From Octopus bimaculoides (lineage: Eukaryota), in NCBI RefSeq assembly GCF_001194135.2, contig NC_068988.1, positions 64,567,172 through 64,631,171 on the forward strand: a stretch of DNA of 64,000 bases, read 5' to 3'. The position numbers and the translations under genes were made by a program. Shown here in pieces: positions 12,655 through 25,730 of the stretch (positions are counted from its first letter, which is position 1; each line of letters begins with the position of its first letter). The notes under the pieces are model-generated. The model did no database searches and had not been told where the DNA came from. It worked only from the letters and a program-made list of their open reading frames with translations.

Positions 12655-13110
12655 GTCTTTCTATTCTCATTTATGGTCATGAATATTGGGTAATGACCAA
12701 AAGAATATAACCGTAAATAGAAATGGCTAAAATAGGATTCCTGTACAGGATCTCTGGAGCAAATTTTCTCAATAGGAATGCATAGTTAGGAAATTAGGAA
12801 GACTCTCCAGGTAGAGATCACAGTTGTGGTGCAACATACATCATGTGATTAGAATTCCACAGGAAAGAATCTAAAGACAGATTCTTCAAACTGAGAGAAG
12901 TGACAGGAGACTTAGGGATAGAGCATGAGTGAAATATTTGGATAATATGTATAGTCTGAGTTGGTCATGCTTGGAAAGCCAGGCAGAAAATGTAATGCGG
13001 GTTGCTTCTGATAGTATCCTAAGGAAGAGGTGCTTCAAGACTCTAACCCCACAACCCACCCGGGGAATTGTGGGCAGATAAAATGGATGGGCACATAGAT
13101 GATGGAGTGA
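12655..13110 (+). mobile_element. Decayed Expander/Rex3-like RTE LINE 3' end (C-terminal region after the RT domain)
   Basis: ILIYGHEYWVMTKRI*P*IEMAKIGFLYRISG resembles the Expander motif LTYGHELWVMTER..IQAAEMSFLRRVAG. The element ends CCCACAACCCACCCGGGGA...GATAAAATGGATGG. Confidence 0.75.
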
Positions 13111-13814
13111 CTTGCTTTAGGCTGGAGTTGAATTTAAAAGAACAGTGCCAAAGTTGTCTTATACTGTTAGTAAATGCAGTCAGCTGCAGCTGATGCCAAT
13201 GTTATATCTAAAAGAGTAAAGTGCACATGAAATTCTTTGAGGAAGGAATGCACCGAAAATATCTGGCTATAATTCAAAGGCTTCAATTTAGATTAGCGAA
13301 AATCCAAGTAATCCTTTGGTATTTCATCAGCATGGTGGTCATGTTACTGCTATTGTTGTTCTTTGTTTTCTTCTTTTTCTTCTTCTGCTTCTTCTTCTTC
13401 TGCTTCTACTTTTCCTTGCACTTCTCCATCTCCTACTCTTTCTACTCCTTCTTCTACTTCTTCTTCTCTTCCTCCTCCTTCTTCTTCTCAGGCATGGTGC
13501 CAATCAAAATGGTTTGGTACTGTTACAACTGTAAAAACTTTCCTTCTGTTTATGTCCAGGAATCACTCTTGTAGTTCCTTCTTGCATGGAAATTGGGGAA
13601 ACTAAAGAAAAGTAGTGCCTGCCTACATGTTGTCACATGTGACATGTAAAGTCGACATATTGTGATGGTGGGGTGAGGTGAAATAGGGTGGGCAAATATG
13701 GAGATTAATATCAAACCAAGACAATTACCAACTGTTAAAAATAAGAACCAACAAGGAAGCCTCTATGTGGACAGTCAACTTGCTAGAAACAGTAGTTGAA
13801 TGCGCAAATCCTAT

Positions 13815-14125
13815 TGTGTGTGTTTGTTCCTTTTTGAGCCATGCCTGGCTCATAAGGGCCAGTTTCCAGGTTTCATTGGCATATAGGTTCCCCACCTGTA
13901 TGGGACGCCAGTCCATCACAGGTGAGCTGCTAGATGCAGGAGGAAAGAGTGAGAGAAAGTTGTGGCAAAAGAGTCAGCTGCGGTTCACCATTACATTCTG
14001 CCAGAGCCACACAGAGCTTAAGTGTTTCACTCATATACACACACATCACCTGGTCTGAGATTCGAACTCGCGATCCCTCGACTGTAAGTTCACTACTCTA
14101 ACCACTAGGCCATGTGCCTCCACAA
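13815..14125 (-). mobile_element. SINE with family C head and middle but a different (V/Deu-like) tail
   Basis: Reverse strand reads GTGGAGGCACATGGCCTAGTGGTTAGAG, then the C middle, then CCTGTGATGGACTGGCGTCCCATACAGG...GAAACTGGCCCTTATGAGCC. Confidence 0.7.
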
Positions 14126-14413
14126 TCCCACAGTGCTTTCTTAGAAAAAGGAAGAACATAATTTGGATAACTGTGGTCCTGGCTACACTGCTTCAACAAA
14201 TTTTAACAGGATAGTCATGACTAGAATGGGTTTGATCATAGTCCTGCTCAGTCATGGATGACCTGGGGCTAAACAGACAACTGTTTATATATATCTTTTA
14301 TCTTTTACTTGTTTCAGTCATTAGACTGCAAATATGAAGAGTTTTTAGTTGAACAAATCGACCCCAGAGCTTACTTTTTTAAGCCTAGTACTTATTCTAT
14401 CACCTCCAAACCT

Positions 14414-14452
<39 letters not shown>

Positions 14453-14455
<3 letters not shown>

Positions 14456-14880
14456 TCATCATCATTTAACGTCTGCTGTCCATGCTGGCATGGGTTGGAC
14501 GGTTTGACCAGGGCTGGTAAGCTGGAAGGTTGCACCAATCTCCAATTTGATTTGGCATGGTTTTCTACAGCTGTATGCCTTTCCTACCGCTAACCACTCT
14601 GAGAGTGTAATGGGTGCTTTTACATGCCACCAGCACAGGTGCCATTTGCATAATACCAGTATCTTCCATGACTGTGATTTTGTTTGGCTTGATGGGTCTT
14701 CTTCTCAAGCACAGCATAATGCCAAAGGTCTTGGTCATTGCCTACATGAGGCCCAATGTTCGAAATAAGCCCAGCCACTGTGCCTCTGTGAGGCCTAACA
14801 CTCAAATGGAGCTCAGCCACCTTGCATCCATGAGGCCCAACGCTCAAAGAGAGCTCAAACACTGGCATGAGTACTTGTTA
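14453..14880 (-). mobile_element. Family D RTE 3' UTR copy with internal GAGGCCCAA repeats
   Basis: (CAT)n-TTTAACGTC...TTCTACAGCTGTATGCCTTTCCTACCGCTAACCACTCTGAGAG. Confidence 0.8.
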
Positions 14881-15417
14881 TATGAAACCAGTATCAGCCA
14901 CAATTATGAATTCACTCCTTGCAATTTCCTTTAAGCAATCAAATCACAATGCATGCATCAGTCTTTCTCAGCCTGGGGCTATACTACAATAGATGCTCAT
15001 ATGCAAATCTACCATGCAGTGGAACTGAACCTGAGACTGCTCGGTTGCAAAATGAACTTCTTACTATTGAATTATTCAGTCTACGGAAGTACCTCCTCAT
15101 TGAACATATAAAAGGTTGAGTATTCCATAGACTTGTGTACCTTTAGCATAATCCTCCAACTGAAACGAATTAACAGAGTGACTGACTGAAAATGCCATTG
15201 AATTACTGGTGCAATCCACTTGACAGGCTTCCATACAGTTTCCATTGACAGCAGTTTCATCCACGAAACTTGCAGGAATGGAAAAAGGATATGGTAAAAG
15301 ATATAAAGATGTTTGCCTAAGACACCACACAGCTGTAGAATTGAAACCAGTGCTTTATGGTTGCAAATCAAACTTCTTACCAACTTGGCCATACTACGTG
15401 TATGAGTGTATTATATG

Positions 15418-15448
<31 letters not shown>

Positions 15449-15664
15449 TTCTTTGCACACATACATATATACACAGATTTGTGTGTGTGTGTGTACTATG
15501 TACATATATGTGTGTATATATTTATATATGTGTATGTGTATATTATGTACATATATATGTGGGTATATTATGTACATATATGTGTATATACATGTATATG
15601 TTTGTGCATAAATATATATGTAAATATATATTATGTATATGTTTGTGTGCATGTATATACACAC

Positions 15665-15716
<52 letters not shown>

Positions 15717-16168
15717 ATACATATATAAATATACGGCCATATGTGTGGGTGTATATACAAACACACACACACCCATATCTATCAATCAATGTGTGTATAT
15801 AAACAAGATCAAATTTTTTTTTTCTTAAATGTATTGTTTTGCAATCATTGAAGCGTGTGTAAAGATGACAGAAGTGGGGGTGGCCATGATGTGGAGTGGA
15901 GGTTGAGGTTAAATTTAGTATTTGTTTACAGTGGTGGTGGTCATGAGTGGAGGAAATGGAGGTGGAGAGGTTAAATTCAGTATTTGTTTACAGCTGAACT
16001 GTAAAGGTCTCACTTTATTATTTATACTAGTTTTGTTATTGTTGCTGTTGTTGTTTGTTATTGTATTCAAACACACACACACACACACATGTACACACGT
16101 TCACATTACATATACAAACACAGTGTTTTGTTCTGTTGTTTTTTTTGTTATTTGTCTGCTATCTGCCT

Positions 16169-16200
<32 letters not shown>

Positions 16201-16249
16201 ATGCACACAGATACACAGACACTCTCACAAACACTTATGCTTTCATACT

Positions 16250-16280
<31 letters not shown>

Positions 16281-16657
16281 GTACACACACATTCACACCC
16301 ATGTAAACATCCGTGTCCATACACACGCTCGCTCTCTCTCCATTTCTTTTCTTTCTGTTAACTTTCGTTTTTCTTTAACTGAAAGCTCGTCATCGCCATG
16401 ATGACAACAACGATGACGACGACCGTAATGAGTGTATATTTTTAAATTAATAAATCACCTCCATAACCTCCACCACCACCACCATCATCATCATCACTAT
16501 CATCAGCAGCACCATTATCATTCTTATTCTTTTATAATTCTTTATTTCACGTTCCATCCTTCTTTAATATATTTTTTTTTTGTTCTTTTGTCTTTTGCCC
16601 ATCTTCAATTTCTCTCAACTAAAATCTTCTTTCTTGCGTATACATACACACACACAC

Positions 16658-16704
<47 letters not shown>

Positions 16705-16918
16705 CATATCTTCTAGTTGTTTTGGCCATTAGGCTGTGGTCAGGATGGACATAGCCTTAAAGAATTTTTAGTCAAATGAATCGACCCCAGTACTTGCCTT
16801 TTGTTAAGCCTGGTGCTTATTTTTGTCAGTCTCTTTTTGCCAAACCACTAAGTTACAGAATGTAAACATACCAACACCAGTTATGATGATGATGATGATA
16901 TATATATATATATATATA

Positions 16919-17175
16919 TATCATCATCATCATCATCATCGTTTAACGTCCACTTTCCATGCTAGCATGGATTGGACAATTTGACTGAGGACTGCTGAAA
17001 CCAGATGGCTACACCAGGCTCCAATCTGATTTGGCAGGGTTTCTACAGCTGGATGCCCTTCCTAACGCCAACCACTCCGAGAGTGTAGTGGGTGCTTTTA
17101 CGTGCCACATGCACAGGAGCCAGTCCAGTGGCACTGGCAATGATCTCACTCAAATGTCTTTACATGTGCCAGGAA
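16919..17175 (-). mobile_element. Family D RTE 3' UTR copy
   Basis: Near-identical to the copy at 47461-47797. Confidence 0.85.
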
Positions 17176-18662
17176 GACGATATATATATATATATANNNN
17201 NNNNNNNNNNNNNNNNNNNNNNNNNNNNNNNNNNNNNNNNNNNNNNNNNNNNNNNNNNNNNNNNNNNNNNNNNNNNNNNNNNNNNNNNNNNNNNNNNNNN
17301 NNNNNNNNNNNNNNNNNNNNNNNNNNNNNNNNNNNNNNNNNNNNNNNNNNNNNNNNNNNNNNNNNNNNNNNNNNNNNNNNNNNNNNNNNNNNNNNNNNNN
17401 NNNNNNNNNNNNNNNNNNNNNNNNNNNNNNNNNNNNNNNNNNNNNNNNNNNNNNNNNNNNNNNNNNNNNNNNNNNNNNNNNNNNNNNNNNNNNNNNNNNN
17501 NNNNNNNNNNNNNNNNNNNNNNNNNNNNNNNNNNNNNNNNNNNNNNNNNNNNNNNNNNNNNNNNNNNNNNNNNNNNNNNNNNNNNNNNNNNNNNNNNNNN
17601 NNNNNNNNNNNNNNNNNNNNNNNNNNNNNNNNNNNNNNNNNNNNNNNNNNNNNNNNNNNNNNNNNNNNNNNNNNNNNNNNNNNNNNNNNNNNNNNNNNNN
17701 NNNNNNNNNNNNNNNNNNNNNNNNNNNNNNNNNNNNNNNNNNNNNNNNNNNNNNNNNNNNNNNNNNNNNNNNNNNNNNNNNNNNNNNNNNNNNNNNNNNN
17801 NNNNNNNNNNNNNNNNNNNNNNNNNNNNNNNNNNNNNNNNNNNNNNNNNNNNNNNNNNNNNNNNNNNNNNNNNNNNNNNNNNNNNNNNNNNNNNNNNNNN
17901 NNNNNNNNNNNNNNNNNNNNNNNNNNNNNNNNNNNNNNNNNNNNNNNNNNNNNNNNNNNNNNNNNNNNNNNNNNNNNNNNNNNNNNNNNNNNNNNNNNNN
18001 NNNNNNNNNNNNNNNNNNNNNNNNNNNNNNNNNNNNNNNNNNNNNNNNNNNNNNNNTGTAGAATACATTGAAGAATGTAACGACAATGCCTTTGGTTAAT
18101 GTAATGAAAGGCCTACCATTCTGTCTTGATGTGGCAAACTCTTTAATTATTAATCTGCTGCATCAAGACAGACTTGCAGACATCAGCATTGGCAAAGCTC
18201 ATTTCATGCATGCTAACTTGGTTTTAAAAAAAAAAAAGGAAAAAGAAGAAATGCTATAAAACTTTTTAAAATTGTAAAATTTACAAAAAAAAAAATTTTT
18301 TTTTTTTCAAACATAGCACACTAGACTGTTCCACCTGGGTATTGAACCAGTCGTGAAGTGAAGTGAAAGATTTAGAAAATCATTTCTTAAAAAATATATA
18401 ACAATAATAATAATAATGATAATGATAAACAAATTCTAAGAGGAAAGACTGGAAAATTAACATAAAAAAATAAGGAAAGTAAATGAATGGTTAAGATAGC
18501 TTGTAGCACTAGACAGGATGTCAAAGAATGAAAGTTCTGGTATTTAAAGAATTTTTACCAACTTTTTATAATTATTTGTTTATTTTGGGTTTTGTTCTTT
18601 TAGTTTAACATTTATATATCTGTTTTTGAAGTGGGTAAATGTGTTTAAAATACGAGATAGAT

Positions 18663-18695
<33 letters not shown>

Positions 18696-19299
18696 TATTC
18701 ACACACACACTCACACAGAGAATATGATGTCCTCTGTGTGTATGTTTATGTGAATGCATGTGTAAATAAATGGTTGGTTTATATATTTTTTTAAAGTTTT
18801 ACTTGTTTCAGTCATCAGACTGCGGTCATGCTGGGGCACTGCCTTGAAGAATTTTTTTTTCTTTTAGTCAAATGAATCAACCCCAGTATTTATTTTTTAA
18901 GCCTGGTACTTATTTTCTTAATCTTTTTGATGAACTGCTAAGTCAAGAGGGCAATAAAGAGGTCAGCACCAGCTGTCAGGAAGTGGTGGGGGACAAACAC
19001 AGGTACAAAACACACATATATATTTGATTAATGAGAGACACAGAAGATAGAAGACACAAGAATGTTCATTGATCACTACAATTGTTTTGCCCCATCTAGC
19101 ATCGCTCCCTCATTGGTGCGATACTTAAAATTAGCTTAGGAGTAAACAAGTTAACATCATTAAACTAAAGAAATACTGAACACTTTTCAGTTGATTACAT
19201 GTCCATGGAACATTTACAAGAAGATAGGTACCAGTGACTTTGAAGTCACTATCACCCATCATTTTTTAAAAGCTTAATGTGTGTGTGTGTGTAAGATCT

Positions 19300-20000
19300 T
19301 CTTCTCTGGTGTCATGCCTTTGATGAATTCTGGCTTGTTCCTCCTCCATTTATTTCTGTCTCTCGCAACATCACTCAGGTCTTTCTCAATCTTCACATTC
19401 ATTCTCTTCTTCCTCCAGTCAAACATCTCCATTCTCTGCCTTCCTCTCACTTCCTTCCCACCAGCTCAGTCTCCACCATATAATGCTCCATTCCATCATT
19501 TTCTCTGAGAAAATGACCAACAAATCTCTACTGTCTCCACTCTGATAGCATCCATCAACTGTCTTTTCACTTTCATCTTCTTCAACACTTCCACATTTGT
19601 CACTCTCTGTATCCACCCACTAGATTCTAAGCATTTTCCTATAAAACCACATTCCTACAGCTTTGAGTCTCTTCTCCATGACTTTACTTATCGTCCAAGA
19701 CTCACATCCATACATTAGCACCAACCAGATGTAGCACTACAATAGTCTTTTCTTGACTTACATTCCAATTCTCTTTGCACAAAAATTGCTCCTCATATCC
19801 ATAAAAGTCTTCTTTGCTAATCCAATTCTGCTCTTGATGTCCTTATCTGACCTTTCATTTGATGTTATCCAACTTCCCAGGTACATAAACTGTCCTTCTG
19901 CTCTATACCAGTTCCATTCACCATCAAGCAACATGCAGGCACCTGTGCTTTCTTGGTACAGACCATTGAGAAGGTTTTCTGGCAGTGTGTAAGATAAGAC
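19300..20000 (-). mobile_element. RTE-clade (BovB-like) LINE 3' fragment with a degraded RT C-terminus
   Basis: QFMYLGSWITSNERSDKDIKSRIGLAKKTF, then LMYGCESWTISKVMEKRLKAVGMWFYRKMLRI. Ends GGCATGACACCAGAGAAGAAGA. Contains stops and frameshifts. Confidence 0.9.
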
Positions 20001-20073
20001 ATAAATAATGGTCATTACATATTTTCTTTATTGCAATAAATTTGTCACGACCATTATTTATGCCTTGTCTTGA

Positions 20074-20458
20074 GTGGAGGCACAATGGCCCAGTGGTTAG
20101 GGCAGCGGACTCGCGGTCATAGGATTGCGGTTTCGATTCCCAGTCCAAGCATTGTGAGTGTTTATTGAGCAAAAACACCTAAAGCTCCACAAGGCTCTGG
20201 CAGGAGATGGTGGCGAACCCTGCTGTACTCTTTCACCACAACTTTCTCTCACTCTTACTTCCTGTTTCTGTTGTGCCTGTATTTCAAAGGGCCAGCCTTG
20301 TCACACTGTGTCACACTGAATATCCCTGAGAACTACGTTAAGGGTACATGTGTCTGTAGAGTGCTCAGCCACTTTCACGTTAATTTCACGAGCAGGCAGT
20401 TCTGTTGATCGGATCAACTGGAACCCTCGACGTCATAAGCGACGGAGTGCCAATAACA
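20074..20458 (+). mobile_element. SINE family C, full length, with a 13-bp TSD
   Basis: tRNA-like head GGCACAATGGCCCAGTGGTTAGGGCAGCGGAC...GGTTTCGATTCCC. TSD ATGCCTTGTCTTG at 20060-20072 and 20459-20471. Confidence 0.92.
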
Positions 20459-21539
20459 ATGCCTTGTCTTGTATATCACTCTGAAAAAACCAGTATAACA
20501 GGAGCACAATCATAGATTTACAATACACAATGGTGATGAACAATAACCTTGGACACTGCCACAAGAATATGTTGAGTTCTTTACTAATCTAAATAATATT
20601 GCTAGCCAGATTTACTAACAGAGAGCCTATAAAGTATTTTGCCCAGATTGCTAATCCCTCACAAATTAATCTGCAATATATATATATATATGTATATATA
20701 TAACTCTAGATGATTGGATAAATGAGAAATCCCTAGATAATGAATCTGTGGAATTATCAGAGACCTATTGGTTGTTTTGGGTGAAATTTGAAACAAAAGG
20801 AAGACCAAAACTGTAGACTTGATCAATAGAAAATGTTAATTGAATCAAATAATGGAATTTATTTTTAGAAGAAAAGTGGAGAGAAAAAAAGTGTAGTGAA
20901 AGAGTGTGAAAAAAAAAAAAGAGGAGATGGGTGTAGAAAGCAAAAATCAAATATAACAAAATTCTAGATTGAAAAAAAAAATTTTGCTAAAAAGATAAAA
21001 CTAAATTAAGAAAAATCTAGAAAGCTTTGTTTTGTTTTTTAATTAATTTTTTAAAGATCTCTGTTGTTTATTTTTTTTGTTTTTTATTTTGTAAATTCTA
21101 ATCTCATGTCGATATTGATTTTGTTTTTCATTATTTAGTACTTGTTTTATATATATATATNNNNNNNNNNNNNNNNNNNNNNNNNNNNNNNNNNNNNNNN
21201 NNNNNNNNNNNNNNNNNNNNNNNNNNNNNNNNNNNNNNNNNNNNNNNNNNNNNNNNNNNNNNNNNNNNNNNNNNNNNNNNNNNNNNNNNNNNNNNNNNNN
21301 NNNNNNNNNNNNNNNNNNNNNNNNNNNNNNNNNNNNNNNNNNNNNNNNNNNNNNNNNNNNNNNNNNNNNNNNNNNNNNNNNNNNNNNNNNNNNNNNNNNN
21401 NNNNNNNNNNNNNNNNNNNNNNNNNNNNNNNNNNNNNNNNNNNNNNNNNNNNNNNNNNNNNNNNNNNNNNNNNNNNNNNNNNNNNNNNNNNNNNNNNNNN
21501 NNNNNNNNNNNNNNNNNNNNNNNNNNNNNNNNNNNNNNC

Positions 21540-22320
21540 TGTCAGCATTGTTTGCTGTCAATGTCATTGACTGTCAAAATCATAGCTGTAAACATTATCA
21601 TCACCGTCAACATCATCATCACCGTCAACATCATCATCACCGTCAACATCATCATCACCGTCAACAACATCATCATCGCGCGTGACAGCATCATCACCAT
21701 CAACATCATCATCACCGTCATTGTCATCAACACCATCAACATTATCATCACTGTCAACATCACCACCGTCAGCATCATCATCTCTGTCAACANNNNNNNN
21801 NNTCTTTGTCGTATTTAATTTTTTTTTTAATTTCTTTTTTTTTGCATTTTATATTTGTAATGATTTTTCTCTTCCTCAACATTATTCACTGACATCATTC
21901 ATTGTTAATATCAACATTTTAGGCATTGTCCCCACTGTCAATATTCCTTCACTGTTATATCATCATCACTATTGACATCATTAGCTGTCAGCATTGTTTG
22001 CTGTCAATGTCATTGACTGTCAAAATCATAGCTGTAAACATTATCATCACCGTCAACATCATCATCACCGTCAACATCATCATCACCGTCAACATCATCA
22101 TCACCGTCAACAACATCATCATCGCGCGTGACAGCATCATCACCATCAACATCATCATCACCGTCATTGTCATCAACACCATCAACATTATCATCACTGT
22201 CAACATCACCACCGTCAGCATCATCATCTCTGTCAACAAGATTATCACCACTGACATCATCATCATCATTACTATTGATGTCATTATCACTGTCAATCAT
22301 CATTGTCAATGTCGTGTTTG
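21540..22320. repeat. 18-bp (CATCATCATCACCGTCAA)-type minisatellite; the first block is a gap-flank duplicate of the second
   Basis: 21540-21791 appears identical to ~21983-22235. Confidence 0.85.
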
Positions 22321-22370
22321 CATCTACTAAGTGCACAGTGAAGCTGATGATGACACCACTACTACAACTA

Positions 22371-22411
<41 letters not shown>

Positions 22412-22984
22412 TAATAATAATAATAATGCTACTTCACTTACCACAACCTATTAATTATAAATAGTACTCTGTTGTCCAGCTTGCTCAATCGAGTCCACCA
22501 TTAATACCACCACCACCACCACCAATTTCTTGAAAGATTTTAATAATAATAATAACAATTGTAGAAGAATAGTTTTCCAACTAAAGCTTCTCAATATAAG
22601 TCTCTTTGTCATGCAACAATAAACTCTTATCACACTTTGTAATCCTATTATAATCCTCGTTAAGCGAAGGCCAGCTTTTTGCTTTAATTACACACCAACA
22701 TTGCATTAACATAGATGATTAAATATCTGGTGGAACATTCAGGAGATTTTCAACAGAAGTCCTGTCTAAGTTGTACTGTCACCGTTGATGTTCTTTAGCC
22801 CATGGTCTGGTTTGACTGAGCAGATCTATGATTAGAGGTGTTCTATGACTGTCTTATCTAAACTGTGATGTCACCATTTATGTTGTTATTGATCAAGTAT
22901 GTCCAAGCCATGAATATCCTGTCTGAAATATGGCATTGCTGTTGTTGTTTTATCTCCAGGTCAGCTCTTACCATTCCTTGACAT

Positions 22985-23365
22985 TGTTGTTGGTTGGCAC
23001 TCCACTGCTTATGACGTCAAGGGTTCCAGTTAATCCGATCGACAGAACAGCCTGCTCATGAAATTAACGTGCAAGTGGCCAAGCACTCCACAGACACGTG
23101 TACCGTTAACGTAGTTCTCGGAGGATATCCAGTGTGACAAGGCTGACCCTTTGAATTACAGGCACAACAGAAACAGGAAGTAAGAGTGAGAGAAAGTTGT
23201 GGTTAAAGAGTACAGCAGGGTTCGCCACCATCCCCTACTGGAGCCTCGTGGAGCTTTAGGTGTTTTCGCTCAATAAACACCCACAACGCCCGGTCTGGGA
23301 ATCGAAACCGCAATCCTATGACCGCAAGTCCGCTGCCCTAACCACTGAGCTATTGCGCCTCCACG
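22985..23365 (-). mobile_element. SINE family C, full length, with an 8-bp TSD
   Basis: Reverse complement of the 20074 copy. TSD TTCCTTGA at 22974-22981 and 23366-23373. Confidence 0.92.
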
Positions 23366-23514
23366 TTCCTTGAAATAGAGCATGAGTAAATCCCAAAGCT
23401 TCGTCAACATAATTAATGCTTTCTCTGTATTAATTTGCTGTAAATTCTTTGAAATTTAGATACTTATTAAGTCAAATGAACTTTCAGATAGAATTTTTAT
23501 AAAATGCAATAATT

Positions 23515-23705
23515 CTTTTGGTGCTGGTACCACGTAAAAAGCACCCAGTCCACTCTGTAAAGTGGTTGGCATTAGGAAGAGCATCCAGTTGTAAAAACCA
23601 TGCCAAAGAAGACAACTGGAGCTTGGTGCAGGCCATATCAGCTCCTGTCGAATCATCCAACTCATGCCAGCATGGAAGACAGATGTTACACAATGATGAT
23701 CATGA
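23515..23705 (+). mobile_element. Family D RTE 3' end
   Basis: CACGTAAAAAGCACCCAGT...GGTTGGCATTAGGAAGAGCATCCAG...AATGATGAT. Confidence 0.8.
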
Positions 23706-23759
23706 TGAGTTCTTTCAAATAATTTTGGTACAATGCCAGCTATCTTTAGAGAATGAGGT

Positions 23760-24245
23760 ATTGATTACATCAAACTCAGTATATGACTGGTACTTTATTT
23801 TACTGACCCTGAAAGAATGAATGGCAAAGTTAACCTCAGTGAGATTTGAACTCAGATCACAAAGAGCAGGAAGGAATACTGCTAAGCATTTTCTTCTGGT
23901 GGGCTGACAATTCTGCCAGTTCCCCATTCAAAACACCAACTTAATAATTATTTCAAATTTTTGCCTCAAGGGCAGCTAGGCAGGTGGTAGTGATAAGTCA
24001 GTTACATCGACCCCAGGGTTCAACTGGTATTTATTTTATTGACCCCGAAAGGATGAAAGGCAAAGTTGACCTCGGCGGAATTTGAACTCAGAACGTAGAA
24101 ATACTGCTAAGCATTTTATCCACCATGCTAACAATTCTGCAAATCTACTTGCAAGACTTTGGTCGGCCCGATACTATGGTAGAAGACACTTGCCCAAGGT
24201 GCCAAACAGAGGGACTGAACCTGGAACCATGTGGCTGAGAAGCAA
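23760..24245 (-). mobile_element. Two SINE B copies followed by a SINE A head fragment
   Basis: B at ~23760-23925 and ~23950-24145. An A CORE/head fragment lies at ~24150-24245. Confidence 0.75.
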
Positions 24246-25084
24246 GCGTGTGTTTATTTGGCAAAAGAAACAAAAAATGACCACCCTGAAATACACCTGT
24301 TTCAACACACATTTTCATATTAGGAATCTTGTAACACAAATTCATAAATGTAATCTCATTAAATTATTANNNNNNNNNNNNNNNNNNNNNNNNNNNNNNN
24401 NNNNNNNNNNNNNNNNNNNNNNNNNNNNNNNNNNNNNNNNNNNNNNNNNNNNNNNNNNNNNNNNNNNNNNNNTATATATACTTGGAAGAATTATTATTTC
24501 TATGATTATATAGTCCTACAAAATATTCTGAAGAACTTCAATACAGCATGGAATTAGCAATGTACAAGTGCTGAAGTGCTGAGCAGTAAACAAGCTTTAA
24601 TATATTATTCTTTGAGCTCTTTTAAAGAAGGTCTTTGACTCTCTCCTCTGCCCCCCAACTTGACCCTTCCATGCACACAGCAACCACAAACATGATCTTC
24701 TTTTTCTATATGATTACAAGAGAGAACTTCTGTGAAGTCACCGTACATCTTTTCAATGTAGCAGCTAAATTTCCTTCGTTAAACTTCAATAGCATTTGAT
24801 GGTTATTGACTGGACTGTCAGATGAATTTCATAAGATGTTGTGCTAAGTTTTTCAAAAAAAAAAAATGTTTTAGAAACAGCTGTAGAAGCCAAACACAGA
24901 CTCATACTCATATATGTATACATAGATGTGTACATGTGTGGATGAATGGACAGACAGACAGACTGACTGACTGACTCATTCGTTCATTCATTCTTCCTTT
25001 CCCTTAATTTCGAGTAAATTTTAATCAGCCACCTACTTGGTAGCAAGGTTGAGAAGGAAAATATCTTGCTTTATTCATTATCCT

Positions 25085-25730
25085 TTAACCTTTTCATTAC
25101 ACTTTTACTCTTTTACCCGTTTCAGTCATTTGGCTGTGGCCATGCTGGAGCACTGCCTTTAGTCGAGCAAATCGACCCCAGGACTTATTCTTTGTCAGCC
25201 TAGTACTTATTCTCTCAGTCTCTTTTGCCGAACTGTTAAGTTATGGGGACGTAAACACACCAGCATCAGTTGTCAAGCAATGTTGGGAGGGACAAACACA
25301 GACACACAAACATATCCACACACATACATATATATATACATACATATATATATACATATAGGATGGGCTTCTTTCAGTTTCAATCTACAAAATCCACTCA
25401 CAAGGCTTTGGTCAGCCCGAGGCTATAGTAGAAGACACTTGCCCAAGGAGCCACACAGTGGGACTGAACCTGGAACCATGTGGTTCGTAAGCGAGCTACT
25501 TACCACACAGCCACTCCTGTATTTATTTTGAGATGCTCTGTGTTTCTTTCAATTACTTTAAATATAACAAAGAATTTAGTAAAATAACTTAGTAATTCAT
25601 TCAGCAAGTTTTAGAGACATAAATTGTAACTAAGGTTTGGTGGAAGATTTTAATTCAAAACTTATGAAAACAAGACATTTGTACTCAGAGCCAGAGCTGG
25701 TTTCAGCCAGGTTGGCAACAAAAGGGTTAA
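25085..25730 (+). mobile_element. piggyBac-like MITE (TTAA-CC[C/T]TT...AAGGG-TTAA), interrupted by SINE A
   Basis: Left end TTAACCTTTTCATTAC at 25085 and right end CAAAAGGGTTAA at 25730. The body is related to 33588-33782 and 26945-27038. Confidence 0.75.
25101..25519 (-). mobile_element. SINE family A, full length
   Basis: Reverse complement of the 1189 and 62655 copies, from the CTTTTACT tail to the ...ACACAGCCACTCCTG head. Confidence 0.9.

Noticed and set aside
13363-13605. Ser-rich and Leu-rich ORFs
   Set aside because: They come from a degenerate (CTT)n tract.
22010-22444. Asp-rich and Met-rich ORFs on the minus strand
   Set aside because: They are translations of the 18-bp CAT-based minisatellite.
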